Part shown: piece by piece, positions 26,733 to 41,368 of the stretch
How positions within the stretch are numbered: position 1 is the first letter of the stretch
Layout: every line of letters begins with the position of its first letter
Source of the DNA: Octopus sinensis
Lineage: Eukaryota
Direction: 5' to 3'
Assembly: GCF_006345805.1 (NCBI RefSeq)
Contig: NC_043012.1
Span: 49,104,001-49,168,000 of the forward strand
DNA: 64,000 nucleotides
Notes under the pieces: generated by a model
What the model saw: the letters and a program-made list of their open reading frames with translations, nothing else
What the model was told of the DNA's origin: nothing
Databases searched by the model: none
Program-made: the position numbers and the translations under genes

Positions 26733-27347
26733 CAACAATAACATCAACACCCACAAAAAACAGTCTAAGCAATTTCATACCACAACCACAAGCATCATCG
26801 TCAACACAACAATAAAAGCTGCCTCACTGCTTTCATAATTTTGCTACTGCAAGGTCACACCCTCCACCCCTTTGCTACCCATCCCACTCTTTCCAACGAT
26901 CGAAGCATCTTTATTCGCCATCAACACAGCCGACATTACACATCATGTGCGGCTCACCATATTACACACACACGCACACACACACAAACCCCCACACAGA
27001 CCTACACACAGACATACACAAACCGACACATTGAGACACAGAGTCAGAGTAGCCTTGTTTGATGTGTGCGTACGATAAGCTTGTGACGTAGGAGCAGCAG
27101 AGGTAGCGGGAAAGGTGACAAAATGGCGGAGTCGATAGATTTCCCAGGAGACAGAAGAAAATAATGAATGTCTTTTATCTTTTATAAAGAACATATCGCA
27201 ACACTGTCGAGAGACGATGCCAAATGAATGAATGCTTAACACAACGTATTGCGGTTTCACTCTGCTATCTCTCAATCACTTCTTTTTTTTTCACACACGA
27301 TCTCTCTGTCTCTCATTCACCCCTTCTTTCCCTTTATATATATATGT

Positions 27348-27391
<44 letters not shown>

Positions 27392-27667
27392 ATTTATATA
27401 TATATGTGTGTGTGTATCTATGCATATCGATCGATCCATCCAACCGCTGTCTGTCTCTGTCTCTTTCTCTCTCACATACACACTCTATGTATGCATAGAC
27501 ACATATATATATATATATGTGTGTATGTGTGTGTGTGTGTGTTTATATTTATATGTATACATATTCTGTCTCATCCTACATTTCTTGCTTACTTCACATG
27601 ACCCATATCCATCGCTATTATTATCACCATCTCCGTCGTCATCGTCGTGGTCGTCGTCGTCATCATC

Positions 27668-27743
<76 letters not shown>

Positions 27744-27915
27744 ACATCATCATCAGAACAATGAATGCCGACGCTAAAACGTTGTAGTAGACAATACATC
27801 AACATGGGCTAACATCTCTCTCTTTCACTCTGTCTCGCTCCCTTTACTCTTCTCTCTATATAATGCCTATACATATATACATACATACGTACATACATAC
27901 ATACACACATATATA

Positions 27916-29170
27916 CAGGGTGTTCGGGCTAAATTTCTCCCTTTTTTTTTATATGTGTCTCCCTTTTCAGGAACACCTTGCTGTATTAGCGAGCAGTCAA
28001 TGGAGCATAAAGATTAAAGTTGTAGTTGAAAAACAAATTAGTTGATATGGAAGAATGGAAGCTATCGCAATATTGGAAAAAAGTTCCTTGTATCATGATA
28101 ATACTCGCCGGGTAACCAAATGCCAACACCATGACTGCTGCTCAATCTTCTATGACATGGACAGCTGCAACGGAGACTACGAAGCCATGGCCAGCAGGAA
28201 TGGACACAGTAGCCGTTCTGACTGCATCCGTATGCTGGAATTCATACAGCTATAGGACAACTTGATGGAAAATCCGAGGAAGGGAATCCGCGCTTTTAGC
28301 GAGGGAGGGAGAGAGAGAGAGAGACTGGTTTTGGTGTTTCCACCATGAAGCTGACCCTCAATTATGACCTTCGCTACCATATGTACAAAAGGCATAAATG
28401 AAAATTTCTAACCGCCAAGTTTAAGGAGAAGCGCTTGACGAAAGCAAAGAAACTTCTGAACAAGCCGAAGAATTTTGTTTAGCCGGGAAGGATTCCGTTC
28501 TTCTGAAAGGTAAAGAACTTCTCCAGGACCAGTTGCACAACACACAGAACAACACATACTTTGCTTACAATCCATGTAATGTCCCTCGAATCATGAAAAT
28601 TAAGACCCTCCTCCAACTGTGAGGAAGTTTGGGTGTGTCGCCATTGAGGGTGACATCACTTCTCCCTAGATGATTGAACTGGACCTTAGGCTCAATTCAG
28701 ATGGCTATACGAAGCGGGTGGAGATTATGGTAAAAACCTGGCAGGAAAGGTTTGCAACAGGAAGCTATAAGTGTGACAGTAAGATTCGGCTCCTTGCCAT
28801 ACCAGAGTCAGAATTGGATGTCGGAAAATTTCTACGACCACACCAGTCCCTATTTCTGGGCTCTTAATCCTCTCGATTTAATACCGTTGGGCGCAGTTCG
28901 GAAAGCGATTCGCTCTGCCTGCAGCACCAAGGCCGATCATTGAGGGGTTCGAATATTTTCCACGGGCATAGGGAGGAACGTATGCACCAGGTTCTGGAGC
29001 CATTTTGAGGCTGTGGCGGAAGTTGAAGTCGGGTACTTTAAGTAAACTGTTATCGTCCAGCCATAATATAGTTGATATTTTCATTGAGATTTTATATTAC
29101 TTTTATTTTCGGATGGAATATTGTTTTCTTTAATTTTTATACCAACTGTGAAATTAGCCCCTATACCCAG
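27916..29170 (+). mobile_element. Degenerate Tc1/mariner element, maT (DD37D)-like
   Basis: TA+CAGGGTGTTCGGGCTAAATTTC matched imperfectly by GAAATTAGCCCCTATACCCAG. Peptide relics QDQLHNTQNN..NVPRIMK, LRLNSDGY, DSAPCHT, SQNWMSENFYDHTSP..LNPLD. Confidence 0.75.
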
Positions 29171-29187
29171 TTTGTTCATACGTACAT

Positions 29188-29228
<41 letters not shown>

Positions 29229-29984
29229 ACCGAATCACTCCACACTTCAATGTTTGTATATAAATATATATTTTCTATGCACGTGTGCGTATTCAAAGAT
29301 ACATTCACGCGCACTCACACACGCACATACACACACACACGCACACACCTACATATAATCCACCCCACACGCACTCACATGCTATCCTGTGTGCATGGAT
29401 AACATCATATTGTATAGAACACGACTTGAAATCATGAATATAATCCATTTTTAAAATCACGCTATAGGGATTTACGTACTTGCATTTCTAGCCACTATCT
29501 TGTATTTTCATAGAAGAACAGGTTTTCTCAAGAACCAAGTCTCCTTTTAATCTGCGGTGTCGTATTATAACTAATATAAATTCCTACTTTCATATTACAA
29601 GTTTAAAAGCCGGAGCGGGAGTCTCTGCAGGACCACTTATTCTGGTAGAAATAGCAGTTGCACTGTGTGGTACTTTATTTTATCAAACTTTTTAAGCACG
29701 AAGGGTGAAGTTGACCTCAATGTACCTCAACTTAGGCAGTAACTAAATGCCACAAGACATCTTATGTGATGCTCTAACAACTCTGTGAGACCTCTGCCTC
29801 CAATAATAATTCCTAACAATGGTCAAGGTCAGAAAGTTGGAGAGAGAACATATCAGATTAGATCGGCTCCAGTACTTGACAAGTATTTCATTTTAACGAT
29901 TGCACAAGAAAGACAGGCTAAGACTGAGCTTCAGCGAAATTAGATCCCTAAACTAAAAATTATGTATCTAAATGTTCTACCGTT

Positions 29985-30402
29985 TCTTTTTTCTTTATTG
30001 CCCCACAAAGAGCTGAACATAGAGGGGACAAACAAGGACAGACAAAGGGATTAAGTCGATTACATCGACCCAGTGCGTAACTGGTACTTAATTTATCGAC
30101 CTCGAAAGGATGAAAGGCAAAGTCGACCTCGGCGGAATTTGAACTCAGAACGTAACGGCAGACGAAATACCTATTTCTTTACTACCCACAAGGGGCTAAA
30201 CACAGAGAGGACAATCAAGGACAGACAAACGGATTAAATCGATTACATCGAACCCACTGCGTAACTGGTACTTATTTAATCGACCCCGAAAGGATGAAAG
30301 GCAAAGTCGACCTCGGCGGAATTTGAACTCAGAATGTAGTGGCAGATGAAATACCGCTAAGTATTTCACCCAGCGTGCTAACGCTTCTGCCAGCTCGACG
30401 CC
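29985..30402 (-). mobile_element. SINE family A, tandem dimer
   Basis: Two consecutive reverse units. Confidence 0.85.
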
Positions 30403-30849
30403 CTCATTCTACCGTTTCTGATATACCACTGCCCCGTTGATTGTAATAAATATACTTTCAATCACAGGCATAAGGCATGAAATGTTGGAGGAGGAATCTA
30501 GTTGATTACATGGACCCTTGTACTCAATTGGTATTTGTTTTATCGACATCGAAAAAAATAAGAGACAACCGGACACAGTAGAATTTGAACCCATACGTAA
30601 AATCACTGCGTATTTTGTCCTGCGTACTAACGATTCTGCCAGCTCGCTGCCTTTCTACTTCAGGACAAAGCCTGAAATTTGTGGCGAGCTAGCTAGTGAT
30701 TACACTGACCCCAGTACTTGACTGGTACCTAGTCTATCGACCGCAAAAAGATAAAATGCCTTGCTGACTATGATAATAACAATAACACTAACAACAAAGT
30801 ACAAAATATATTCCGGATATAGATAATTTAAAGGTATTTACCAGCGGTT

Positions 30850-31330
30850 ATAATACCCATTTGGAGATGCTACTAAATAAATTAGATGAATTCAACAGTG
30901 ATTTCAAAATGAGTTTAAGATTAGATAAACGTATGAAAGTGATTCTAAGAAGAGGCTATTAATTAAAATTCAAAACATTAAGTTAGATTTAAAGACTGAA
31001 ATAAGAGAACTAGACCAGAACTAACGAGGCAAATACTTGGAATTTAATGAAACTGAAGGAGAAAATTACAACTGAGTAATGCAGACGAGAGAGTCAGTGT
31101 GGTATTAAAAACAGAACTTAATGCCAGAATTACGGTTGTAGGTAAAAATAACCAAGTCCGTTGCACTTATAAATTACAGTTTCAATATAATAAATGAGAA
31201 AAGTGAAACGTAAAGCTTGCCGAAGAAAATAATAAAACTACTCAGTGCAATCCGAACCCATCTCTTTAAAGTAACAATGAAGAGAAGTCTGTGTGTAGTA
31301 CATACGAACGAAGAGAGAACGCTTCATACA
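30850..31330 (+). mobile_element. Highly decayed R4/Dong-like RT remnant
   Basis: FNSDFKMSLRLDK, KYLEFNE, VLKTELNARI, YSFNII relics parallel the 40850 copy. Confidence 0.55.
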
Positions 31331-32346
31331 AATAAGAAATATTTTACAATACACCGACTGTAATTCTAGCAAAATACGGAGCGGGTAAGAGAGGATAGGT
31401 TGATTACAGTGTAACACGGGTTTTTTTCCTTTAGTAGCAACTGTTATTTCCTATTTGCTTGCTCCTAGAAAGTATCAAAAATGGCTAATATTTCTTTCAT
31501 TTTGTTATATTCAAACCTTCAAAGAATCCTTCTCAATACATGGTTATGACGCTCCCCAACTACTCCTGCACATGATCAGAGATGCGCATATTATCAGTCA
31601 CAAAGAGACATGCTCAAGTGGTTAAGGTCAAGCAAATGAGAAGCAAATCTGTGGTATTGAGCAGAATATTTACTATAAAGGTATTTCTACTTTAGCAACT
31701 CAGCGTTGAATCTGTCTGAAATGTGAGGGAAAATAAGTCAGTTTCAAAACATTGATGTCCGGGTCACAAAAGCAAAGTTTCCTTTCATTTCTAAATAGAA
31801 GCAAATAGGAAATAACTCTTACTGATCCAAGACAGAAAAAGCAAAACAAAACAAACAAACAAAAACAAAAAATACAAAACAAAACAAACCATGTTACATA
31901 GTGTTATATTAATATAATTGACAAAGGAATAAGTTAAAACGAAATAAAAGTGATTTTCTTTATTAGTGAGCGCGGGACTGACTGAGTAATTAAGGAATAG
32001 TCTGAGGTTTTGTAATTAAGAAGTCTACTTCTCAGCTACGTAGTTTTGACATCTAAGGCAAGTTTCCTCTATTATTGTCTCGGATCTACTTTGAGTGAAA
32101 TTTGAAAAATGGAAACTGTGTGGACGGCTCTCCCATCGTATATACGCATATGTGCTTGCATGTGCATGAGTGTGTATGTTTGCTGGTTGTCATGCCTTGC
32201 AACTTAGCGGTTCGATTCAATAAGTAGCAGACTTAAGTGTAAGTACGTGGTTCGGTTAACACATGAAGATAGTGCTCCCTCGTGACCACGGTACAATGGC
32301 TGAAACAATAGAAGGATAAAACAATGCATGAAGACAATAAAATACA

Positions 32347-32577
32347 TATTTCTTTACTACCCACAAGGGGCTAAACACAGAGAGGACAAACAAGGACAGA
32401 CAAACGGGTTAAGTCGATAATTCGACCCCATTGCGTAACTGGTACTTATTTAATCGACCCCGAAAGGATGAAAGGCAAAGTCGATCCCGGCGGAATTTGA
32501 ACTCAGAACGTAGCGGCAGACGAAGTACCGCTCAGCATTTCGCCCAGCGTGCTACCGATTCTGCCAGCTCGCCGCCT
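32347..32577 (-). mobile_element. SINE family A
   Basis: Full-length reverse copy. Confidence 0.85.
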
Positions 32578-34849
32578 TGACAATAAAATACCAGCAAGAA
32601 AATAATGATAACATGGAATACAATGGTTTAAATAAAGGTAGAAGAGCAGCCAAGACACACAAAAATATAATAAAATAAAGCTAAACTTCAATTGTATTAA
32701 AAATAAAAAATAGAATAAAACAAACCCATGCTCGCTATTTTGCGAGAGTCCATCCTTTAATGATAGAGAAGCTAACAACTGCTCAATAGCTTTGAAGTAA
32801 AAGAAAAACTGGGAGGTTTGATTAGATCAATGTTACAGCACTAAATTATCAAAACACGACGTGAATGTCAAATGTAGACGATGCAATCCCCATAAGAAAT
32901 GATCAGGCAAATTATTTTACAACTAACTAGTCAGCTCAAAGACAGAGAATATCCACAGACATGATCGAATAGGTAGCTTCTTCCACTGGACAGTGTGCAG
33001 GTACTTTATCATCAAACAGAAAAGTGGTTTTGGCACGCACCAAAGCCACTATTTGACAATGATACGGCTTGGATACTATGGGACATGTATGTCCAGTCTG
33101 ACAAAGTGAAGCTCTAGAGTATCTTAATCAAATAAGTTAATGAAAATCTATTTACTATAATAGCCATCTCTCTCTCTCTCTCTTGTGACAGATACATCAC
33201 ACGGAAGAAAGTTGAACGTACAAATTCGAAATGGCAGGTTGTGAAGTATGAGACTAAAAACGGCAGCAACAGTACAAGTGTGTAATAGAAATAACATGAA
33301 CAAAGACAAAGTGTCTTCGCCAGTTGTTCGCTGTTTGACACACAAACGACATTTTAACTCCGCACTGTACTGCATACCGCCCACAATGAATACAATTCAG
33401 TTATATAGCATATTCTATAAAATCACCTCCTAATTTTATAAAGCATTTCGCAATACACTAGAGCAGCATTGAAACAATGATTAATCGTCTAAAAATATGT
33501 TATCATTAAAAAAAAAAACATTCCCTGTTTATTAGCTTTATATCATTCGAGTGTATATTCACAGTTTATATATGTTCTATGTTGTGGGCAAGTTGGTAGA
33601 ATGGTTAGCACGTTGGACTGTTCAGCGGCATTTCTTACAGCCCTATACGTTTTGAGTTCAAATACTGCTTAGGTCAACTTTACCTTTCATTTTTTTGGGG
33701 TCGATAAAATAAGTACCAGCTGAGCACAGTCGTTAATGTAATCGAGATACTCCTACTCCCTCAGAGTTGCTTCTCTTGTGTCAAAATCAAAATAAATGTA
33801 CGACATAATGTTTCATTCAGCTTCACTTCTGATCGCCAACCGGTGTCTAATGCCAACAAGAAGTCTTTAATTCTAAATTATGGGTGTTGATGCTTTGTTA
33901 TCCACCATGCACATTTACTCATGTATACCACAGAGACATGTGGTTAATACCTCTAAAGCGTTTTAAGATAATACGGTACACACTCTGGAACAAAAATATA
34001 GAGTTGGAAATGAGTGATGAATTCATAAACAAACATGAAACTGTTGAATACACACGAGTAATAATCCCTTCCGTTATATGCCGGATCGAAGTCTGCGTAA
34101 AGATTTGTTTCCAGTGATGAGAAAGACGCGCAATCCTTTGCCGCACAGCTTGATTTATCCGCAACTGGTCCAGTGGCAAGAAGAAAATTCATATACGACT
34201 TGGGTCGGGAACGAGCGCTTCGAGCTGCTGCATCCACAGTATGTCAAAGGGCCTGTAATTTGCATGTGTGCTATGGGGGAAGGACTAGTCGATGTCATCG
34301 ACACCCCAGTAATCAGCTGGTACTTATTTTATCGACCTTGAAAGGAAGACAGGCAAAGTCGAAATTGGTAGCATTTTTAGTTAGAGTATAAAGACGAACG
34401 AAATGCTTCTAAGCATTTTGTCCGGCACTCAGAATATGAAGACGGACAAAATGCCGATAAACGTTAACTTCGGCATGCTAACAATTCTTCCAGCTTTCCG
34501 TCTTAGATTTTGTTTTTATTGGAAAGAGAATTCGTTGGTATTATATAACCACAGGTCAGCCATTACCTAGCAAAGGCATTCCAGCCGTGACTATTCATTT
34601 TTGTAGGTGTAATTTTTATCTTTTACTTGTTTCAGTCATTAGACTGCGGCCATGCTGGGGTACCGCCTTGAAGAATTTTTAAGGGAAATGATCCGCCCCA
34701 TTACTTAATTTTTTTCCAAATTTGGTACTTAGTCTGTCGGACGTAAACACACCAACATCGGTTGTCAAGTGGTGGTAGTGAACAAATACAAACACGAAGA
34801 CATATATACTTGGATGTGTATATACATACGTGTGTGTGTGTGTGTGTGT

Positions 34850-34969
34850 ATCAAACCGTTTGATTCAAATTCCGTGCAACTTAAAGTTTCAAAGCACGTG
34901 GAGCTTACCGTTGGGCCTCGCGAGCTTTGAAAGTTTAAGTAACATGGAATTTGAATCAAACCCTTTTGA
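34850..34969. repeat. ~120-bp palindromic mini-element nested in a SINE; half copy at ~39084-39143
   Basis: TTTGATTCAAATTCCGTG..TTCAAAGC mirrored by GCTTTGAA..CATGGAATTTGAATCAAA. Confidence 0.7.
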
Positions 34970-35922
34970 TCCAGACATGCAACTCTCAGTAAAGGTGTTG
35001 AGTGCTCTTCTTTCGTTTGTCCACTCACTCGTATACACACACACACACACACACACACACGTACACACACATACATACATACACGACGGGCTTCTTTCAG
35101 TTACGGTCTATCAAATCCACTCACAAGATTTCGTTGGCTCGACGCTATAGTAGAAGCATTTGCTCCAAGGTGCCATGCCGAATCCAGAACCATATGGTTG
35201 GGACGCAAACTTCTTAGTACGGAGCAACATCCGATTTGCCGTTTCCATACTGAAAACGAAAGTCTGGAATCTGATGGAAATTTGTCAAAAATTTCAAGTA
35301 AGGTGAGCTACCACATCAAGACTCCACTTTTTGACTGACTGTATAAAGAGAAACATTCGAATGAATGTAGGTTCCTCTCAGTGTCAAACTGAATAAGTCG
35401 TCTAATCTAGGGAGATAACACTTGGATCATTACCACCCTTCTTAGACATGAATGATTGTCACATCATCCAATTCGTCTTCCAGTTCCGAAATAATCGTAA
35501 GCAGCTGGGACGTGTCGCTTAGGCAGGCAAGGTAGGTATCGCCTTGCCTTGAATAAAATAGATCGATAGCAACATTTTCCTTTTATGGCCAAATATGCAC
35601 CAAATTCAATAAAATTATGAAGCTTACTCTGACTACTATGCATAAAATGCAAAATATTTCATTGTTTTATAGATTATAATTCACCATTGCCTTTCAATCT
35701 CAGTATTTAAGCCACGCATAGTACTGCTGTAGTACATGTGCTGCGTACACTCCTACAAGACAATTTTCTTTACGTGATGAAATGGCAGAAGTAAATCTGC
35801 CTTCAACTCAGTCACGCACCTGTGTTTCGTTTATTTTTAATGTTTTTTTTTTTACAACATAAACATCACCAACTGCCTACCCTGAGTAATTACTGACGGC
35901 ACGTGCTTGGTAAGCAGCTATT

Positions 35923-35956
<34 letters not shown>

Positions 35957-35963
35957 GCTACTA

Positions 35964-35994
<31 letters not shown>

Positions 35995-36469
35995 CGCTGT
36001 TGCTGCTGTTAGTACTGCTACTGTTACAGCTGCCGACGGTGATGATGATGATAATGGTGACGGTGGTGGTGGTGGTGGTGGTGGTGGTAGTGGTGGTGAT
36101 GATATAATGATGATAATGATGATGTTGTTGTTGATGATGATGATGATGAGGAGGAGGAGGAGGATGATGACATAAAATGAAGAAAAAAAACGAGCTTATA
36201 ATATTTTACACACACGCACCACACCCATTCAAAATCACGCTTACGCATGCTGATCACACTTTAGTTTTCTTTCTTTCTTTCTTTCTTTCCTTTCTTTCCT
36301 TCCTTTCTTTCTTTCCTTTCATCCTTTCTTTCTTTCTATGCTTATTTTTCTGTATCTATCTCCTTCTCTTTGTCTTTGCATTTAGATGTGAGCATATGTG
36401 GGCATATGTGTGCGTATGTATATCTGTATATATATGTGTGCGAATGTGTGTGCGTGTATAAATACACAC

Positions 36470-36508
<39 letters not shown>

Positions 36509-36609
36509 TATATATATATATATATATATATACATACCATTATCTATAAATCTCTCTCCCTATATATATATATATATATACACATCATTATCTATAAATC
36601 TATCCCCCT

Positions 36610-36675
<66 letters not shown>

Positions 36676-36927
36676 GCATGCACCAGCCATATCTCCACTT
36701 GTATTGAATTTCTCGTTCAATTACAGGAAAATGATTAATTTTGAAAGATGAGATACATGTATTTACATCGTATCAATCATACAAGGCTGTCTTTAAAATA
36801 TATGGACATATAATACAGTATTATATAGACATTGGTGCTGAGGTGTATATACTTACTATAAATATGTACAGATGTACACAAAAGTATACGCCTCAAACAT
36901 TTCCCCGTTTTCACAAAAAAATTACAT

Positions 36928-36958
<31 letters not shown>

Positions 36959-37017
36959 GCATGCATGTTGGTATGCATGTATGTGTGTGTGAGTATTAGA
37001 TATCTATCTGTGTGTGT

Positions 37018-37104
<87 letters not shown>

Positions 37105-37484
37105 ATATATATATGTATATACTTATATGCATGTGTGCATGTTTGTATTGAAATAGGTATAGATAGATTAGTAAGCAATAGTAAGTTCTGAAGCTAATTT
37201 AGTCTAGAGATGACCATTGAAGCTCTCGTGTTCACATACTGTATAATGGGTATGTCAGATTGGTAAAGATTTCCACTATCTATTTTACATCGACAGCAGT
37301 TGAGTCCTACAGAACTTAGCTGAAAAATACACTTGTGGATTTCAAAATGCAGATATTGTTATATATTTAAGCACACTCTACAAACAGACATGCATATACC
37401 GTTATATAAATATAATCATACACATACATATTCATATATTGTAGATAGATAAACAGACGGATATATATATATATATATATATAT

Positions 37485-37650
37485 AGGAGTAAACACATAA
37501 ATGTGAAACAAGGTGGAAAAAGAGTACCCAAATACCAGAGGTAGAGTAATATGCTTTATTTAACAAAACTGTTAACAAAACTGTCCGACTAACGGGAACG
37601 TGAAACTCCGAGTAACAGCTTTTGTTAAATTTCTGCTGCTTTTAAATAAA

Positions 37651-37705
<55 letters not shown>

Positions 37706-38022
37706 ATATATTGTGTGTGTGTGTATATATATATATATTATATATATATATATATATAGATAGATAGATAGAGAGATATATAGTAAGATACATACATACA
37801 TACATACATACATACATACATACATACATACATAAATACATATATAAAAAGGCACTTTATTTAAGAGCAGCAGAAATAGGACAAAAGCTGTTACTCAGAG
37901 TTTCACGTTCCCGTGAAGCTTTTGTTATATTTCTGCTGCTTTTAAATAAAGCATATTACTCTACCTCTGGTATTTGAGTACTCTTTTTACCACCTTTTTT
38001 CACATTTATGTGCTTACTCCTG
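37485..38022. mobile_element. Rearranged Penelope-type pseudo-LTR fragments in a (TA)n tract
   Basis: 37485-37562 is the reverse complement of ~37945-38022, and 37592-37651 of ~37853-37913; hammerhead motif. Confidence 0.6.
37577..37624 (+). ncRNA. Degenerate type I hammerhead
   Basis: AAAACTGT-CCGACTA-ACG-GGAA-CGT-GAAA-CTCCGAG-TA-ACAGCTTTT; all three stems present, two core mismatches. Confidence 0.55.
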
Positions 38023-38555
38023 TATATAAAAAGGTAGGTAGATAGCAAGCTACGTATTATGTTTACATGTGTGGCCTCAAATTCTAAAGTCATTAGAACC
38101 TACTCGAGTCAAACTAGTAGCACTATCGCTCGATAAACGATTGAGACGTCGTTCGAATTTCGTAGTAGCATCTATTTTCATCTCCCCGCTCACACACATT
38201 TGAAGCCGTGTTACGCAAAGAAATTTTATATTAGATGCAGAAGTTTACGTTTGAACAAAGTTCCTCATTTGTTAACATAAACCTTGGATCTCTTCGGTTT
38301 GAACGGCAGTTTTTTAAAATAATTTCCACGTAACTAAACACTTTTAAACTTCGTATACCGGTAGAATGTGTTTATGCAACATTTGAAATCAGAGCGTCAA
38401 GTCAGAGGAAATGCCGCTAAGCCATTTTTCCAGTGTGATAACCACTCTGCCGACTCGCAGCCTTTAAACACATGCATACATACTGATATATGTTATCATC
38501 ATCATCATCATCATCATCATCATTATTATTATTATTATTATTACTATTATACAGA

Positions 38556-38955
38556 GGCGTAGGAGTGGCTGTGTGGTAAGTAGCTTGCTTACGAACCACC
38601 CGGCTCCGGGTTCAGTCCCACTGCGTGACATCTTGGGTAAGTGTCATCTACTATAGCCACGGGCCAACCAAAGCCTGGTGAGTGGATTTGGTAGACGGAA
38701 ACTTAAAGAAGCCCGTCGTATATATGTATATATATATATATGTATGTGTGTGTGTATGTGTTTGTCTCCCCACCCCCAACAACGCTTGACAACCTATGCA
38801 GATGTGTTTACGTCCCCGTAACTTTGCGGTTCGGCAAGCGAGTCCGATTGAATAAGTACTAGGCTTACAAAGAATAAATACTGGGGCCGATATGCTCGAC
38901 TAAAGGCGGTACCCCGGCATGGCCACAGTCAAATGACTGAAACAAGTAAAAGAGT
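38556..38955 (+). mobile_element. SINE family B
   Basis: Full-length copy. Confidence 0.85.
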
Positions 38956-40765
38956 ATATGTATGTCAATTTATATATGATAAATACGAGTTTCGTAACGA
39001 ACGGCGTTTTCATTCCGTCGGTCGATCAAACACGTTACTTATCCTTCTTTATACTTACATAAATCAGCATTGCATGGTCTTAGTCAAACCGTTTGATTCA
39101 AATTCCGTGCAACTTAAAGTTTCAAAGCACATGAAGCTTACCGTCGTTTTGTATCATTCCAAGTTTATAATTTATTCATATGAAATGCGATACATTGTAT
39201 GCATTTTAAAAATTTATTCTCAATTAAAAAGAGAAAGAGAACATAAATGGATACATTCAAACTCACGCGCATATACCAAATATAAAGCCGCTTACAAGAC
39301 TAACCATCTTCAATTTCGGATATTGAAACTTGACACTTCCAAATGTACTCGTGAGCGACTTCGGTGTCAGCCAAGAGGAGACAAATGCAGTGTCACTTTA
39401 GGTGTTGAACTTTAGCTCTGTATAGACTATTGGTCTGCTTTTAAATTGGTTTTTCAAAAATTTATGTTGCATATATTCCTCTTTAATTAGCAAACATTTT
39501 TCGTCCTTCCTCCAAGTCGTAGTCTTTGGTTTATGTTGGAGAAGGAAGTTCCTTCCCTGTATCGCATACTCCATTACCAGTCTAATGCTTTCTTCTCATT
39601 GACAATGATATTGTTTCGCTTACTTTCTCTCCGGATATTTAGAAATAGAATCGAAAATACTTTAGAAACAGCATTAGCAGCAGCAGCGAAGGTCGTCAAT
39701 TCTGACCCCTGACATTGCTGCTATTAGCGACCCTCTTTTCATTTTCTTTTTCATCTTCCAGACAGATCCTCAAGCTACCTTTGTTAACCACATGTGTATC
39801 AACTGGGCCTTTTCCTCTGCACCACTGACCTGTATTTTCGTCAATCCCTTGGTGAGGTACAGCTCCAGCATTCCAGAATTATCCTGCTGTTTTTTTGGGC
39901 CAACCAGACATTCAGGCCCTCGCAGATCCTACCAGACCACGTGTTGTTGCAGAGGTCCCCTAACACATAATCCCCTTCCAGACTGCTTCAATGGGGATAA
40001 TAAATCAAGGGCGAACGTTAATGTCAATATCCCTGACTGCGGTTCTTGAATTCTTTTTCTCCATACTGTGGCATTAGCCTGCGAGCAGGTGTCTGGAGCC
40101 TCAGCCTTGTCTGATTTATCCCATGTCCCCTGGTTTTACAAACTGGGTATACACTTCTATGTGCTCTCTCGATTGGCTGGAGTATACATCACCCACACAC
40201 CAGCTTTCTCCAACTCCTCTTTCGAAGGCGTACGAAACCCAACTCCGTAACTTAAAAGACAATCGAAAGGAAAAAAAAACAGAAGTCTTTAACGCATAAA
40301 TTTCTTAGGCAAGGATGCACGAGTTTTTGTGCCATATTTTCCGTACACCTTTTCTGTTGAATGATGTTAACCGATCTATAGAATTTCTTTTTGGTATGCA
40401 ACACTTCAAAGGATGGGTTGCTGTTGTGTGTGAAAGTGCTTTTCTTTGTCATATTTATGCTTATTTTTTTTTCACTGGATGCATTGGTGTTTGCAAACCT
40501 AAACGTGTACAATAAAAAATATCTCAGGATGAATCTTCCATTATACACAGAATAGTGGGGGGTGGACGTTCAATACTTGGAAGCCATTTGTTGTACACAG
40601 AATGAAAGCGACATGCCCTCTTTGGAACCGTTCATATTCTTGGAAAGGTACTTTATGTGAAAGGTTTTGTTAAAGCTTTGGAGTTTATATAAAACATAAC
40701 AAAAAGTAGTATTTCATATCATCCTGTGCAATGAATTATTATCATTATTGTTGTTGTTGTTGTTG

Positions 40766-40803
<38 letters not shown>

Positions 40804-40849
40804 ATTGACGACGAAGATAACAACAACAACAACAACAACAACAATATTG

Positions 40850-41368
40850 GATCATCTATTTTTACATGGATGATTTAAAGCTCTTCGCAAAAGTAACGAG
40901 CAGCTACAAGGCCTGCTATCTGTTGTAAAACCGTTTAGTGACGAAATTAGGATGGAATTTGGCTCTGACAAATACAAAAAGCAACCGTCATCAGAGGGAA
41001 ACATCCGACGTTAAACTTGATTGGTAAAATGCTATAAAGGACTTAGAACCAGGGGAAGGCTATAATTACTTGGGAGTATGTGAAGGCTAGAGAATCAAAG
41101 GCACAACAATGAGGAAAAAGATAAGAAAAGAATGCTATCCCAGAGTAAGGCACTACTCAAGACACCAGAAACAAAACAGAAGAAATTAATATTTTAGCAA
41201 TGCCTGTCGTAACTTATAGTTTCAATATAATTAATTGATGAAATGCTGAATTATGTGTGTTTGATAGAAAAATAGGGAAATTTTAAACAATCAATAAAAT
41301 GCATCGCCCTAAAGCAGTCAGAACGACTTTACTTACCAAGAAGAGAAGGTGGCCGTGAACTCCTACAT
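40850..41368 (+). mobile_element. R4/Dong-like non-LTR RT remnant
   Basis: YMDDLKLFAK, FSDEIRMEFGSDK, YNYLGV, INILAMPVVTYSFNIIN, ERLYLPRREGGR; adjacent (TAA)/(CAA) repeats. Confidence 0.8.

Noticed and set aside
39762-39851. 90-nt open candidate exon with AG/GT boundaries
   Set aside because: No recognisable protein; weak donor; the pyrimidine tract may just be the reverse of a purine-rich TE relic. Not supportable without RNA data.
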